Counted from the first letter of the stretch, positions 27,496 through 37,749 are shown. The stretch is DNA of 56,924 nt from Paludibacter sp. (GCA_037144275.1 JBAWXD010000001.1:1-56924), one strand, 5' to 3'. Program-made: numbers and translations. The notes: generated from the sequence alone by a model not told the origin.

Positions 27496-28302
27496 CTATA
27501 CTATTAATTTATACACCTTAAACAAAATAATTAAGGGTAAAATTTCAAGGGTGCAAAGATACAACAATATATAAAAAGAAGCTAATATATTTTGGAAAAA
27601 TATTTGAAATAATTTAATAATAATCAAAACAGCAATGCAAATACTTACAATCAGGCTAACGATTTGTGTTATTCCAATAAAATTGTCGGGTATGTAAATT
27701 TGTAGAAACAAGATTGGGAATAAGCAAACCCCTAAAAATGAAATGATATTAAAATAGGCATCTTTCGCCATTTTTAAGCTTGCAGAGTGTAAAAAAACAT
27801 ATCCAATCAAATCGAATATTAGTGATTTTACTGCAAAAAACAGACTCGTTGCCACCAAAAATAAACTGAACTCTTTTATTGAAAACGAAACTGCACTATT
27901 ATGGAGCAAGAAATAAGCATAAAGACTTATAGTTCCAATAGAAAAAATAATTAAGAAAAATCTGAATCTGGAGTCGTTGACTGTGGCTTTACTAAATATA
28001 CTTGATCGTTCTTTAACCTGAAAAAATGACCTTATTGTATCCGAAATAAGACCTACAGATTGACTTAATGAATACACAAATACCGAGAAAAGTAAAACAA
28101 GAATAATAAACACCCAACTTTCGGTTTGAGGGATTGATGGATGGGAAATTCCAATAAATCCATGCGGAATTTGTACAATTGATTTCAACGAATCAGCTGA
28201 ATGTATGGAGTCAGCCGCAGTTATCGAATCTATCTTTGCCAACGAATCCGACAAAACTTTCGAGCTGTCATTTAGAAATTGTAGTGTATCCGGCTGAACC
28301 AT
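27496..28302 (-). CDS. DUF4271 family membrane protein
   Basis: Multiple TM helices ending FYILLYLCTLEILP; upstream of hemD. Confidence 0.8.
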   Translation of the reverse strand: MVQPDTLQFLNDSSKVLSDSLAKIDSITAADSIHSADSLKSIVQIPHGFIGISHPSIPQTESWVFIILVLLFSVFVYSLSQSVGLISDTIRSFFQVKERSSIFSKATVNDSRFRFFLIIFSIGTISLYAYFLLHNSAVSFSIKEFSLFLVATSLFFAVKSLIFDLIGYVFLHSASLKMAKDAYFNIISFLGVCLFPILFLQIYIPDNFIGITQIVSLIVSICIAVLIIIKLFQIFFQNILASFYILLYLCTLEILPLIILFKVYKLIV

Positions 28303-28308
28303 TTTTGT

Positions 28309-28887
28309 TTATATTGCTGCAAAACTACGTGCATTCGAATCCCAACTGGCTGAATTTTCTATAGCACTCAGCACTTCTTCGGGTGTTTCAACAACTTCCC
28401 ACATTTTTTTATGAATAGCGCGCATAAACTTTTCTTCCACCGCCCTTTGAAGCATTTCAATCATTGCATCATAATAGCCATTCATATTTACGATAACAAT
28501 AGGTTTTGAAATAATACCCAGTTGTTTCCAAGTGATTGCTTCCAACAATTCTTCTAAAGTTCCACAACCGCCCGGCAACGCCACAATTGCATCTGCCATT
28601 TGTGCCATTAATGCTTTTCGTTCGTGCATGGTTTCGACCACAATCAACTCAGTAAGTTCACTGTGATGCCAGTCTTCGTCACACATAAAACGGGGTATGA
28701 TTCCGGTAATTTTTCCATTTGCAGATAACATACTATCGGCTAACTGTCCCATTAGACCTGACGAGCCACCTCCGAAAACTACGGAAATATTTGCATCGAC
28801 AAAAATTTTACCCAGTCGGGCAGTTGCTTCAAAGTATTCCGGTTTTATCTGGGTGCTTGCAGCACAATAAACACTAATGGTTTGCAT
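28309..28887 (-). CDS. LOG family (TIGR00730) nucleotide 5'-monophosphate nucleosidase
   Basis: VFGGG..GLMG, TMHERK, ALPGGCGTLEE. Start placed at MQTISVYC (28887). Confidence 0.9.
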   Translation of the reverse strand: MQTISVYCAASTQIKPEYFEATARLGKIFVDANISVVFGGGSSGLMGQLADSMLSANGKITGIIPRFMCDEDWHHSELTELIVVETMHERKALMAQMADAIVALPGGCGTLEELLEAITWKQLGIISKPIVIVNMNGYYDAMIEMLQRAVEEKFMRAIHKKMWEVVETPEEVLSAIENSASWDSNARSFAAI

Positions 28888-28983
28888 TGAAATTCTAAAC
28901 AGATTTATCTTTTTTGACCAAAATTTGTGCAAAAATACAGTTTTCTTTCCGTATTTTTGAGCATAAATTCAAAAAATGAGAAA

Positions 28984-29979
28984 ATGATATTGGTAACAGG
29001 AGCCACCGGATTGGTTGGAGGTCATTTGTTGTGGCAATTGATGCAGGAAAATGAACGTGTTTCGGCCATTCGTCGTCCAACGAGTAATCTTATTCCGCTT
29101 CGAACGATATTCAGTTTCTACTGCTCTAATCCGGATGATTTTTTACAACGAATTGACTGGAAAACTGCCGATGTGCTTGATTTCTATTCACTTGTTGAAG
29201 CAATGAATGCTATCGATATCGTTTATCATTGCGCAGCTGTGGTTTCGCTCGGAAATTCAGAGAGTATTTTGCTTGATACCAATGTTACCGGAACGCGTAA
29301 TGTAGTTCAGGCAGCAGTAGAAAAAAATATTAAGAAGTTCTGTTTTGTAAGTTCCATTGCTGCTTGTGGAAAAACTAAATATTCTGAAATAATTGATGAA
29401 AATGCTGTTTGGACTGACTCTAAAGTTTATTCGTTGTATTCTAAAAGCAAATATTATTCAGAACAGGAAGTCTGGAAAGGAATTAAAAATGGCCTGAATG
29501 CTGTGATAGTCAGTCCGGGTGTAATTTTAGGAGTTTCAGGGCAAAATACAGGCAGTTCCCAATTATTTTATCAGGTACAAAAGGGCTTGATATTTTATAC
29601 CAACGGAGGAAGTGGTTATGTTGATGTTCAGGATGTTGTGAAGGCAATGATACAATTAGTCAAATCAAAAATATCAGGTGAACGTTTTGTGTTGGTTGGC
29701 GAAAATTCGTCAAATAAAGATGTTTTGAGCTGGATGGCCGATAGTTTTGGCAAGCGTAGACCATTTATTTGTATTGGTAAAAGAATGATGTTGAGTATTG
29801 GATATTTATCGGAAATTATCGGAAAATTATTCAATTTTAGTCCAATGATTGATCTTGGTACAGCAAAATCAGCAATAAACAGGGAGTTTTATTCAAGTCA
29901 TAAAATTGAAAAAGCATTGGGATTTGAATTCAATCCGATTGAAAAATGTATTAAAGAAGTGTGTGATTTTCAGAAATGA
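28984..29979 (+). CDS. NAD-dependent epimerase/dehydratase family protein
   Basis: MILVTGATGLVG Rossmann motif, HCAAVVS, YSKSK (YxxxK). Start placed at 28984. Confidence 0.9.
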   Translation: MILVTGATGLVGGHLLWQLMQENERVSAIRRPTSNLIPLRTIFSFYCSNPDDFLQRIDWKTADVLDFYSLVEAMNAIDIVYHCAAVVSLGNSESILLDTNVTGTRNVVQAAVEKNIKKFCFVSSIAACGKTKYSEIIDENAVWTDSKVYSLYSKSKYYSEQEVWKGIKNGLNAVIVSPGVILGVSGQNTGSSQLFYQVQKGLIFYTNGGSGYVDVQDVVKAMIQLVKSKISGERFVLVGENSSNKDVLSWMADSFGKRRPFICIGKRMMLSIGYLSEIIGKLFNFSPMIDLGTAKSAINREFYSSHKIEKALGFEFNPIEKCIKEVCDFQK

Positions 29980-30734
29980 AGCCCGAATTTTAGCCCGAAA
30001 TTTGTCATGGAAGTAGATCCATTGTAACTAAAAGTTCCTAAATCATTTGTTTCAGTTATTCTTGCTGAAATGGATGTCAGGCTGCCAAATACTCCTGCGT
30101 AGATATCAGATTTATAACCTGTTTTATGATTCAGGCCTACTGAAACTTTGACGGCAGGACCACCACTATAACCAGCATTTAATCCAAAACTATAACCGGC
30201 ATCAATACCGATAAATGGCGCTGTTCTGGCTTTATTCAACATACTTTGTAACCGAATAAAAACAGGCAAATAGCTAATCGGGTCAGTCGAATTTGCTAAA
30301 AATATCATACTATAACCTGCACCAAATCCGACATAAAAATCTTTTCGGGCGACATTTTTATTTCCAAAAATCAACGATATTTCTGTGCTTGGGGCTGATT
30401 TAAACGAATTCGAAGTGTTTGCTATAGCTCCTGAAAGTTCAATGTCACCACAAAAAACGGCTGCATGATCTGTTTTCTCACTCTGATCTGTTTCAGATTG
30501 AATTAAAGAACCAGATGACATAACTTGTTCTATCATTTTTACTTCAGAAAGTTGAAATTGATATCGCTTGCCATTGGCAGTCTTTATCATAACCATTTCA
30601 TTTGTCTTTACTAAAATTTCGCCAACGTAGACTTCGCCGGAATTGAGCGTGATTTTATTTTGAATCACAGATTCCTGTCCCCATAGTTGTGAGGAAATAA
30701 CCAAATAAAGAACAAGTAGACAGAGCTGTTTCAT
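29970..30734 (-). CDS. Hypothetical outer-membrane beta-barrel protein
   Basis: Signal peptide, small N-terminal domain, amphipathic beta-strands, terminal FGLHF. Confidence 0.65.
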   Translation of the reverse strand: MKQLCLLVLYLVISSQLWGQESVIQNKITLNSGEVYVGEILVKTNEMVMIKTANGKRYQFQLSEVKMIEQVMSSGSLIQSETDQSEKTDHAAVFCGDIELSGAIANTSNSFKSAPSTEISLIFGNKNVARKDFYVGFGAGYSMIFLANSTDPISYLPVFIRLQSMLNKARTAPFIGIDAGYSFGLNAGYSGGPAVKVSVGLNHKTGYKSDIYAGVFGSLTSISARITETNDLGTFSYNGSTSMTNFGLKFGLHF

Positions 30735-30750
30735 GTTTTAGTAATTGAAA

Positions 30751-31890
30751 TCAGTCTGCTAGAGTTGATTGAATGATTTCTTTAAAGCTTGTCAGGAATA
30801 AATTGGCATCTTGTTTCGACAAACACAAGGGCGGAAGTAAGCGAATTGTATTTGTTCCGCTTGCTCCTGTAAATATTTTTTTCTCAAATAGTAATTTGTT
30901 CCGAATTTCTTTTACAGGCTTTTCAAATTCTATCCCAATCATGAGACCCATTCCTCTGACTTCTTTTATTTGTGGAATTTTATTCAGCTCATTAATCAGG
31001 TATAGTCCAATCTTTTCGGCATTATTGATTAATTGTTCAGCTTTGATAATGTCAAGAACTGAAATGGCAGCAGTACAAGCCAAATGACTTCCACCGAATG
31101 TTGTTCCCAATAACCCGTGTGATGCTTCAAATATAGGGCTAATCAGTACAGCACCAACCGGAAACCCATTCCCCATACCTTTGGCCACTGTGATTAAATC
31201 TGGACGAATACCGGCATGCTGATGTGCAAAAAACTTTCCACTACGGCCGTAACCTGATTGTACTTCATCGAGAATTAAGATCGTTCCGTTAGCTTTACAT
31301 TCGGCACTCAGCTCTTTCAGAAATTCTAGCTCAGGAACACGAATTCCACCAACTCCCTGAATCCCCTCGATTATAACTGCACAAACATCCTGGTTTTTAA
31401 GAATTTTGCGAACAGATTCTATGTCGTTTAATTCGGTAAATTCAACATCAAAACCTTCATTAATAGGAGCAACGATTTTTGGATTATCTGTTACGCGCAC
31501 GGCTGCTGAAGTCCTACCGTGAAAACTCTTATTAAAAGCAAGCACTTTACAGCGGCCGGTATGAAATGATGCTAATTTAAGAGCATTTTCGTTTGCTTCA
31601 GCTCCCGAGTTAACCAAAAATAGCGAATAATCTTCGTATCCTGCTAGTTGACCCAATTTTTTTGCTAGTTCGACTTGTAGTTTGTTTTGAACGGAATTAG
31701 AATAAAAAACCAGATTCTCAAGCTGTTGAGTTAATCTTTGAACGTAATAAGGGTGTGAATGCCCGATAGAGATTACAGCATGACCACCGTATAGATCAAG
31801 ATATTCAATTCCTTGAATGTCAGTAATTCTGCAACCAATTCCTTTGGTTATTTCTATATCGAAAAGAGGATAAACGTTAAATAAGTTCAT
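30751..31890 (-). CDS. argD: Acetylornithine aminotransferase (class III PLP)
   Basis: YLDLYGGHAV, NSGAEANE, SFHGRT, DEVQSG.GRSG, AKGMGNGFP. Confidence 0.88.
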   Translation of the reverse strand: MNLFNVYPLFDIEITKGIGCRITDIQGIEYLDLYGGHAVISIGHSHPYYVQRLTQQLENLVFYSNSVQNKLQVELAKKLGQLAGYEDYSLFLVNSGAEANENALKLASFHTGRCKVLAFNKSFHGRTSAAVRVTDNPKIVAPINEGFDVEFTELNDIESVRKILKNQDVCAVIIEGIQGVGGIRVPELEFLKELSAECKANGTILILDEVQSGYGRSGKFFAHQHAGIRPDLITVAKGMGNGFPVGAVLISPIFEASHGLLGTTFGGSHLACTAAISVLDIIKAEQLINNAEKIGLYLINELNKIPQIKEVRGMGLMIGIEFEKPVKEIRNKLLFEKKIFTGASGTNTIRLLPPLCLSKQDANLFLTSFKEIIQSTLAD

Positions 31891-32033
31891 GTTAAATTTT
31901 AATTATTGCATTGTTGCAAAAAAGAAATGCAAATGTAATTCAAAATTTAGACACACTGAAATAAAAACATTTAAAAAAAATAATGTAATTTTACGCCAAA
32001 ATAATACGAAAACCCATTAATAGTTCCACCTGC

Positions 32034-33704
32034 ATGGAGAAACAAGTCACGATTTATTGTAAAAACACGAAATCATATCATATATATCCATTGGGTATTT
32101 CTTTGATTGAAATTTATGAAGATCTGAGAATTGAGCTGAAATTTCCTGTAATGGCAGCACGCGTAAATTATAAAGTGGAAGATTTGAACTTTATGGTTTA
32201 CAAACCCAAGGATATTGAATTTATCGACATGATGACTCCTTCAGGCATGCGGGTTTATGTTCGTACATTGAGTATGGTACTTGCAAAAGCAATTTCTGAG
32301 CTTTTTCCACACGCTACACTTCGAATTGAACATCCGATTTCAAAAGGTTATTATTGTCAATTAGATAATCTTGGACAAGATATAAGTGCTGAGATAATAA
32401 GCCAAATTAAAGATAGAGTCAAATTGATAATTTCGCAAGGGAAACGCATTGTTTGTGAGGAAAAGCAAACCAAAGAAGTAAAGGATCTGTTTGTAAATCA
32501 GGCAAATCAAAAAGATAAAATCAGTTTGTTTGAGACACTTGGAAATCCCTATTTTCGTTTTTTTCGCATTGATGATTTTATTGATTATTATAACGGAGTA
32601 TTATTACCTTCAACCGATTATTTAGGACTATTTGACTTAATTGAATATTATGATGGACTATTGCTTCGGATTCCAAACAGAGAAAACCCGACAGAGTTGG
32701 AAGAAGTGGTATTGTCACCGAAAATGTTCGATATTTTCAAGGAATATGTGGGATCAAATAAGATTATGAATCTCACGAATGTGGGGGACTTCAATATAGC
32801 TTGTCAAAATAATCAATCTTTTAATCTGATAAAAGTGTCTGAAGCGTTACACGAAAAGAAAGTGGCTTCGATTGCCGATATGATTTCTCAAAGTGCTGAA
32901 AAGGTAAGATTTGTTATGGTTTCAGGACCTTCTTCTTCCGGTAAAACTACCTTTAGTAAACGCCTTTCAATACAATTGATAGTAAGTGGATTAAAGCCGG
33001 TTGTATTGTCGCTTGATAATTATTTTGTAAACAGAGATGAAACTCCTTTAGATGAGCATGGAGAATGGGATTTTGAGCATTTGCATGCACTCGACTTAAG
33101 TCTGTTTAATCAAAATCTGAAACAATTGCTCGACGGTGAGGAAATTGAAATTCCATTTTTTAATTTTGAAGATGGCAAACGGTATTTTAAGGGACAAAAA
33201 TTAAAGCTGGAGGAAGATAGTATTCTGATAATGGAAGGAATACATGCCTTAAACCCTGATTTGATACCTGATATTCCGGCCGATACTACTTTTAAAATTT
33301 ATGTTTCTGCACTAACAACTATTTCTATCGATAATCATAACTGGATTCCAACTACTGATACCAGATTATTACGACGAATTATTCGGGATTATCGTTTCCG
33401 GAATTATTCAGCAAGAGAGACAATTGCCCGATGGCCAAGTGTACGTCGTGGGGAGGAAAAATGGATATTCCCGTTTCAGGAGAAAGCAGATGTTATGTTT
33501 AATTCAGCACTTTTATTTGAATTAGCTGTTTTAAAAAAACATGCAGAACCCATTCTAGCTGAAGTACCCAAATATTGTGATGAATATACTGAAGCTCATC
33601 GACTTATGAAATTCTTAAATTATTTTGTGCCAATTCATGACCGGGAAATTCCACCAACTTCTTTGTTAAGAGAGTTTTTGGGTGGTAGTAGTTTCAGATA
33701 TTGA
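32034..33704 (+). CDS. Nucleoside (uridine) kinase with ThrRS-like N-terminal domain
   Basis: Walker A GPSSSGKTT, SLDNYF, EGIHALNP, RLLRRIIRD, RWPSVRRGE. Confidence 0.85.
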   Translation: MEKQVTIYCKNTKSYHIYPLGISLIEIYEDLRIELKFPVMAARVNYKVEDLNFMVYKPKDIEFIDMMTPSGMRVYVRTLSMVLAKAISELFPHATLRIEHPISKGYYCQLDNLGQDISAEIISQIKDRVKLIISQGKRIVCEEKQTKEVKDLFVNQANQKDKISLFETLGNPYFRFFRIDDFIDYYNGVLLPSTDYLGLFDLIEYYDGLLLRIPNRENPTELEEVVLSPKMFDIFKEYVGSNKIMNLTNVGDFNIACQNNQSFNLIKVSEALHEKKVASIADMISQSAEKVRFVMVSGPSSSGKTTFSKRLSIQLIVSGLKPVVLSLDNYFVNRDETPLDEHGEWDFEHLHALDLSLFNQNLKQLLDGEEIEIPFFNFEDGKRYFKGQKLKLEEDSILIMEGIHALNPDLIPDIPADTTFKIYVSALTTISIDNHNWIPTTDTRLLRRIIRDYRFRNYSARETIARWPSVRRGEEKWIFPFQEKADVMFNSALLFELAVLKKHAEPILAEVPKYCDEYTEAHRLMKFLNYFVPIHDREIPPTSLLREFLGGSSFRY

Positions 33705-33819
33705 AATTAAAATTGACTTGTTGTAGTATTTTTTCCAGTTTATACTTAAAATTTAAACTATTGTTTGTATTTTTGCGTTCGAATAGTACATATTATATTA
33801 AGTGAGTTCCTAAAAGTAG

Positions 33820-34509
33820 ATGAAAAAATCTATAGCAATACTAATACTCTTGGCATTATACCTTTCAAGTTTAAATGCTCAAAGAAGGGGTTTAATAAGT
33901 AGTCAACGTTATGATACTGGTGGATATTTTATATTCTCAGCTGGTCCTGCCTATTGTTCAGCTGATACTTATGGTCCTTTAATTGAAAAATCCCTTTTAA
34001 ATGGAAATAATTGGAGTACTTCTTTGGCTTACAGGAATGTTCTTCCTGGAAATTTTGGCTATAGAGTAAATATAATCTATGGAAATTATGTTGGCGATGA
34101 CAATTTAGTTATAAAGCCTCATAATCCTTTTTACTCGTATTCGTCTGAAATTATAGAGCTTACTTTCAGAGTAGAATATACTATAAGATTTGGCGAAAAG
34201 TTCAGAGTTCGGACTCCGAACTCTATATATGGTTTTGTTGGAATTGGGGGGATTAGTACCAACGTTACAAATCCTCCTATAGCCAGTTTTTCTATTTTAA
34301 AAACTGATACTCCTCATACTATATCTGCAATTCTTCCTATGGGTATTGGTTATCAATATGATTTTACTAATAGATTAACTCTTGGAGCTGAAGCTGCAAT
34401 TCAATATGCTTTTTCTGACGATCTGGATGGGTATAATCCTCCTTCATCTTCGAAATTTAACGATGTTCTTGCAAATTTTTCAATAACAATTGGTTACAAG
34501 ATTTTCTAA
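33820..34509 (+). CDS. Outer-membrane beta-barrel protein (DUF6089/PorG-like)
   Basis: Signal peptide, P.GIG.QY, FSDDLDG, terminal IGYKIF. Confidence 0.6.
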   Translation: MKKSIAILILLALYLSSLNAQRRGLISSQRYDTGGYFIFSAGPAYCSADTYGPLIEKSLLNGNNWSTSLAYRNVLPGNFGYRVNIIYGNYVGDDNLVIKPHNPFYSYSSEIIELTFRVEYTIRFGEKFRVRTPNSIYGFVGIGGISTNVTNPPIASFSILKTDTPHTISAILPMGIGYQYDFTNRLTLGAEAAIQYAFSDDLDGYNPPSSSKFNDVLANFSITIGYKIF

Positions 34510-34556
34510 ATTTATTTTCAGTAAAGTCGAATTTACTTTTGTTTCTTTTAAATACA

Positions 34557-34585
34557 AAAAGAGCTGCAAATTTTGCAGCTCTTTT
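34557..34585. terminator. Bidirectional terminator
   Basis: AAAAGAGCTGCAAA-T-TTTGCAGCTCTTTT. Confidence 0.75.
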
Positions 34586-34606
34586 AGTACAATATAAAGT
34601 TTGTTA

Positions 34607-35599
34607 TCAGGCTTTTCCTGCACTTCCCAATACATTCACGGTTTTGTGAGCATAGAGTTTTTTCAGTTCATCGCGTGCAGGACCGATATATTTACGAGGA
34701 TCAAATTCCCCCGGATTTTTAGCCATCACTTCACGGATAGAAGCAGTCATAGCCAAACGACCGTCAGAATCGATATTTATTTTACAAACGGCTGAAGCAG
34801 CAGCTTTACGCAATTGTTCTTCAGGAATACCAATAGAATCTTTCAAAGCACCGCCGTATTTGTTGATAGTTTCAACATATTCCTGTGGAACAGAAGAAGC
34901 ACCGTGTAATACAATTGGGAAACCGGGAATTTGTTTTTCAATTTCTTCCAAAATGTCGAAACGTAATGGTGGTGGGATTAAAACACCATTTTCGTCGCGA
35001 GTACATTGTTTTGGAGTAAATTTGTTAGCTCCGTGTGAAGTACCGATTGAGATAGCCAATGAATCGACACCAGTGCGAGTTACAAAGTCAACCACTTCTT
35101 CCGGTTGAGTATAAGTATGATGTTCGGCAACAACGTCGTCTTCAACACCGGCCAAAACGCCTAATTCGCCTTCAACGCTTACGCCGTGAGCGTGTGCATA
35201 TTCAACAACTTGTTTAGTCAAAGCAATATTTTCTTCGTATGAATGGTGTGAGCCATCGATCATTACTGAAGAAAAACCTGAATCGATACAACTTTTGCAT
35301 AATTCGAACGTATCTCCGTGGTCGAGGTGAAGAACCACCGGAATGTTCAGACCTAATTCTTTGGCATATTCAACAGCTCCCTGAGCCATATAACGGAGCA
35401 AGGTTTGGTTAGCATATTTACGTGCACCGCTCGAAACCTGCAAAATAACTGGAGATTTTGTTTCAACACAAGCAGCAATAATTGCCTGCATTTGTTCCAT
35501 ATTGTTGAAATTAAAAGCAGGAATCGCATATCTTCCCTCAATTGCTTTCTTAAATAAATCATTGGTATTCACCAATCCAAGTTCTTTGTAACTGACCAT
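34607..35599 (-). CDS. fba: Class II fructose-1,6-bisphosphate aldolase
   Basis: HLDHG, SSVMIDGSH, VEGELG, AISIGTSHG, VLHGAS, KINIDSD. Confidence 0.95.
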   Translation of the reverse strand: MVSYKELGLVNTNDLFKKAIEGRYAIPAFNFNNMEQMQAIIAACVETKSPVILQVSSGARKYANQTLLRYMAQGAVEYAKELGLNIPVVLHLDHGDTFELCKSCIDSGFSSVMIDGSHHSYEENIALTKQVVEYAHAHGVSVEGELGVLAGVEDDVVAEHHTYTQPEEVVDFVTRTGVDSLAISIGTSHGANKFTPKQCTRDENGVLIPPPLRFDILEEIEKQIPGFPIVLHGASSVPQEYVETINKYGGALKDSIGIPEEQLRKAAASAVCKINIDSDGRLAMTASIREVMAKNPGEFDPRKYIGPARDELKKLYAHKTVNVLGSAGKA

Positions 35600-35818
35600 T
35601 TTGTGAGTATTTTAAGTGTTTGATAATTTGACCGCAAAAGTAGTAATTTTTTATCAGATATTAAAGAAAAATTTCCTTATATAATTAGTTTGTTTTCTCA
35701 GTTAATAATTGTTTGACTTTTTGTTTAATATAGAGTTTTAATTGTTCCGTTGAAAGATTGTTAGTTACAGTTAAATTTCTAACTTTGCATCAGCTATTTA
35801 ACCTGTTTATTCATGACC

Positions 35819-35887
35819 TTCGTCGGGGAAAAATAGCTTTTTCATCGATTTTTGGTTGGAATATAGGTTCTTATGCCTGTATCTTTG
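35819..35887 (+). promoter_or_regulatory. Promoter of the liaF-like operon with candidate LytTR direct repeats
   Basis: TTCGTCG (35819) and TTCATCG (35841) lie 22 nt apart, upstream of -7 TATCTTTG (35880-35887). Confidence 0.45.
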
Positions 35888-35915
35888 CAGCATAAATTTT
35901 TAAAACAAAAAAGTT

Positions 35916-36722
35916 ATGGAAAATGAAGTAAAAAACTCGTTTCGTTCGGGCTACAGCAAAGGTCTTGGCTTCGGACTATTTTTAATGCTGATTGGCGTTG
36001 TTTTTCTGGGATTAAATTTTGGATTTATTCCTCATGAATTGCGACACGTGCTAATTTCGTGGCCTATGTTGCTGATTGTGATTGGTATCGGTAATTTCTT
36101 AAAACGACATCCGTTTTCAGGAACTATTCTTATTATGATTGGAAGTTTTTTCATTATGCCACGTATTATTGATGCTTATCCATTGTATTTTCCCGGAATT
36201 AATGGAGAATTTACACACATTTACTGGCCATTATTGCTTATTTTGGCTGGAATTCTGATAATTATGGGTAAAATATTTGGACCAAAATGGGGTTGGAATG
36301 ACTGGAACACCGAATGGCAGAACAAACAACATCGTCACGAGCATCGTCGCTACAGACATCAGTCCAGATCAAACTGGAATGAAAACACCGAAGGTTTCTC
36401 AAAAAACAGTATTTTTGGGAGCGGTGATCATATTGTGCTTGATCCGGAATTTAAAGGGGGTGACTTGAATGCTGTTTTTGGCGGAATTACACTCGATTTG
36501 CGCAGAACGAATTTAGCAGTTGGTGATACGGTAGTGGAAATAAATGCCGTATTTGGTGGAATTACCATTTACGTTCCGGCCGATTGGTATGTTGAAACAC
36601 ATTTGGATGCTGTATTTGGAGGATTTCAGGACAACCGTATGCCTAAAGAGCCAACCGATAAAACACGAAAACTGATTATCAGCGGTTCATGCGTGTTCGG
36701 AGGAGGAGAACTTAGAAATTAA
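35916..36722 (+). CDS. LiaF-like membrane protein (DUF5668/LiaF TM plus DUF2154 C-terminal domain)
   Basis: WPMLLI and WPLLLI TM motifs; repeated AVFGG..LDLR C-terminal beta domain. Confidence 0.8.
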   Translation: MENEVKNSFRSGYSKGLGFGLFLMLIGVVFLGLNFGFIPHELRHVLISWPMLLIVIGIGNFLKRHPFSGTILIMIGSFFIMPRIIDAYPLYFPGINGEFTHIYWPLLLILAGILIIMGKIFGPKWGWNDWNTEWQNKQHRHEHRRYRHQSRSNWNENTEGFSKNSIFGSGDHIVLDPEFKGGDLNAVFGGITLDLRRTNLAVGDTVVEINAVFGGITIYVPADWYVETHLDAVFGGFQDNRMPKEPTDKTRKLIISGSCVFGGGELRN

Positions 36723-36808
36723 TGATAAATGGTTAATGATTTGCTCTTTTTTGCGGCTAGGAAAACTGAGTAAATTTCTTAACTGATAACTGTCAACTGA
36801 TAACTGAA
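36719..36808. repeat. Two 7-bp-period arrays at the ends of the liaF-LytTR spacer
   Basis: TTAATGA TAAATGG TTAATGA at the stop codon; AACTGAT AACTGTC AACTGAT AACTGAA just before the next ATG. Confidence 0.6.
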
Positions 36809-36811
36809 GAC

Positions 36812-37633
36812 ATGCATCCAATCTTAGAAAATACGGCTAAAACTACGCAATACTTCCTGCTTTGGATCGTATATGCTGTGCTGCAAGCGGTTGTTTTGGT
36901 TTCAGTGCTAACAATACCTATCTGGATATTGTTGGTTGATGGACTGATTTATGCGGCCATTTTTGCCGGTATTGGGCTGATATTATGGAATGTGCTGAAA
37001 TTTGGAAATTTCTCAGCACTCACACTTTATCAACGATTAGTGAATCAGATAGCTTTGGCTCTACTGAGTCTGACAATTTGGTTGGGTGTGGGTTATGGAC
37101 TTTTTTATCTGCTTTTTGGAAATGAGCTGGCAATGCTATTTATTCCGGTATTGCCTCTCAAGGCATTGATTGGATTATTGATTTATGTGATTATCAGTAA
37201 GCATTTTAAAAACAATTTATCCGACTTAAAACCGCTTGATGAAATTCAGGAAGTTTCAGCAGTGACAGAATCCTTAAAACCTAAAGGAATTCAGGAATCC
37301 GAATTGTTGGAACGTATTGCAGTAAAATCAGGTACTAAAATTCATGTTGTATTGATTCCCGAGATTTTGTTTCTTCAGGCAGATGGAGATTATGTTCAAA
37401 TATATACCATTAATGGAAAATTCCTGAAGGAACAAACGATGAAGTTTTTCGAAGAGCATTTGCCTGAAAATCAATTTGTACGTGTGCATCGTTCGGTAAT
37501 AGTAAATGTGGAAATGATTTCGCGTATCGAATTGTATGAGAAACAAAACCAGTTACTTACACTGAAAAACGGACAACAAATTAAAACAAGTCCTTCGGGC
37601 TATAAGGCGTTGAGAATGACGTTGAATCTATAG
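36812..37633 (+). CDS. Membrane-anchored LytTR DNA-binding regulator (4 TM plus LytTR, no receiver domain)
   Basis: About 130 aa hydrophobic N-terminus, then RIAVKSGTKIHV..LQADGDYV..FVRVHRSVIVN LytTR domain. Confidence 0.85.
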   Translation: MHPILENTAKTTQYFLLWIVYAVLQAVVLVSVLTIPIWILLVDGLIYAAIFAGIGLILWNVLKFGNFSALTLYQRLVNQIALALLSLTIWLGVGYGLFYLLFGNELAMLFIPVLPLKALIGLLIYVIISKHFKNNLSDLKPLDEIQEVSAVTESLKPKGIQESELLERIAVKSGTKIHVVLIPEILFLQADGDYVQIYTINGKFLKEQTMKFFEEHLPENQFVRVHRSVIVNVEMISRIELYEKQNQLLTLKNGQQIKTSPSGYKALRMTLNL

Positions 37634-37655
37634 AAATTTTATTTTTACAATTATT

Positions 37656-37687
37656 GACGGGGTGACTTTAAGTCGCTCCGTTTTTTT
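37656..37687 (+). terminator. Intrinsic terminator
   Basis: GACGGGGTGACT-tta-AGTCGCTCCGT followed by a T-run. Confidence 0.75.
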
Positions 37688-37701
37688 GTTTTAGAAACTG
37701 A

Positions 37702-37730
37702 TGCAACGTTTACCGGATTTTATTCATCTA
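37702..37730 (+). promoter_or_regulatory. Possible ECF-sigma promoter
   Basis: TGCAAC-N17-CATCTA, 20 nt before the lipoprotein ATG; no TAnnTTTG element nearby. Confidence 0.3.
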
Positions 37731-37749
37731 TAATACAAAACATATTATA

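Noticed and set aside
28887-28984. Apparent head-to-head overlap of the LOG and epimerase ORFs
   Set aside because: Artefact of longest-ORF start choice. The motif-supported starts (28887 and 28984) leave a normal divergent promoter gap.
29970-29979. 10-nt tail-to-tail overlap of the epimerase and beta-barrel genes
   Set aside because: Short convergent overlaps are common; nothing further supports a regulatory role.
31926-31944. Possible ARG box upstream of argD
   Set aside because: The spacing is one base off the ArgR palindrome, and the sequence is explained by the minus-strand -7 promoter element TACATTTG.
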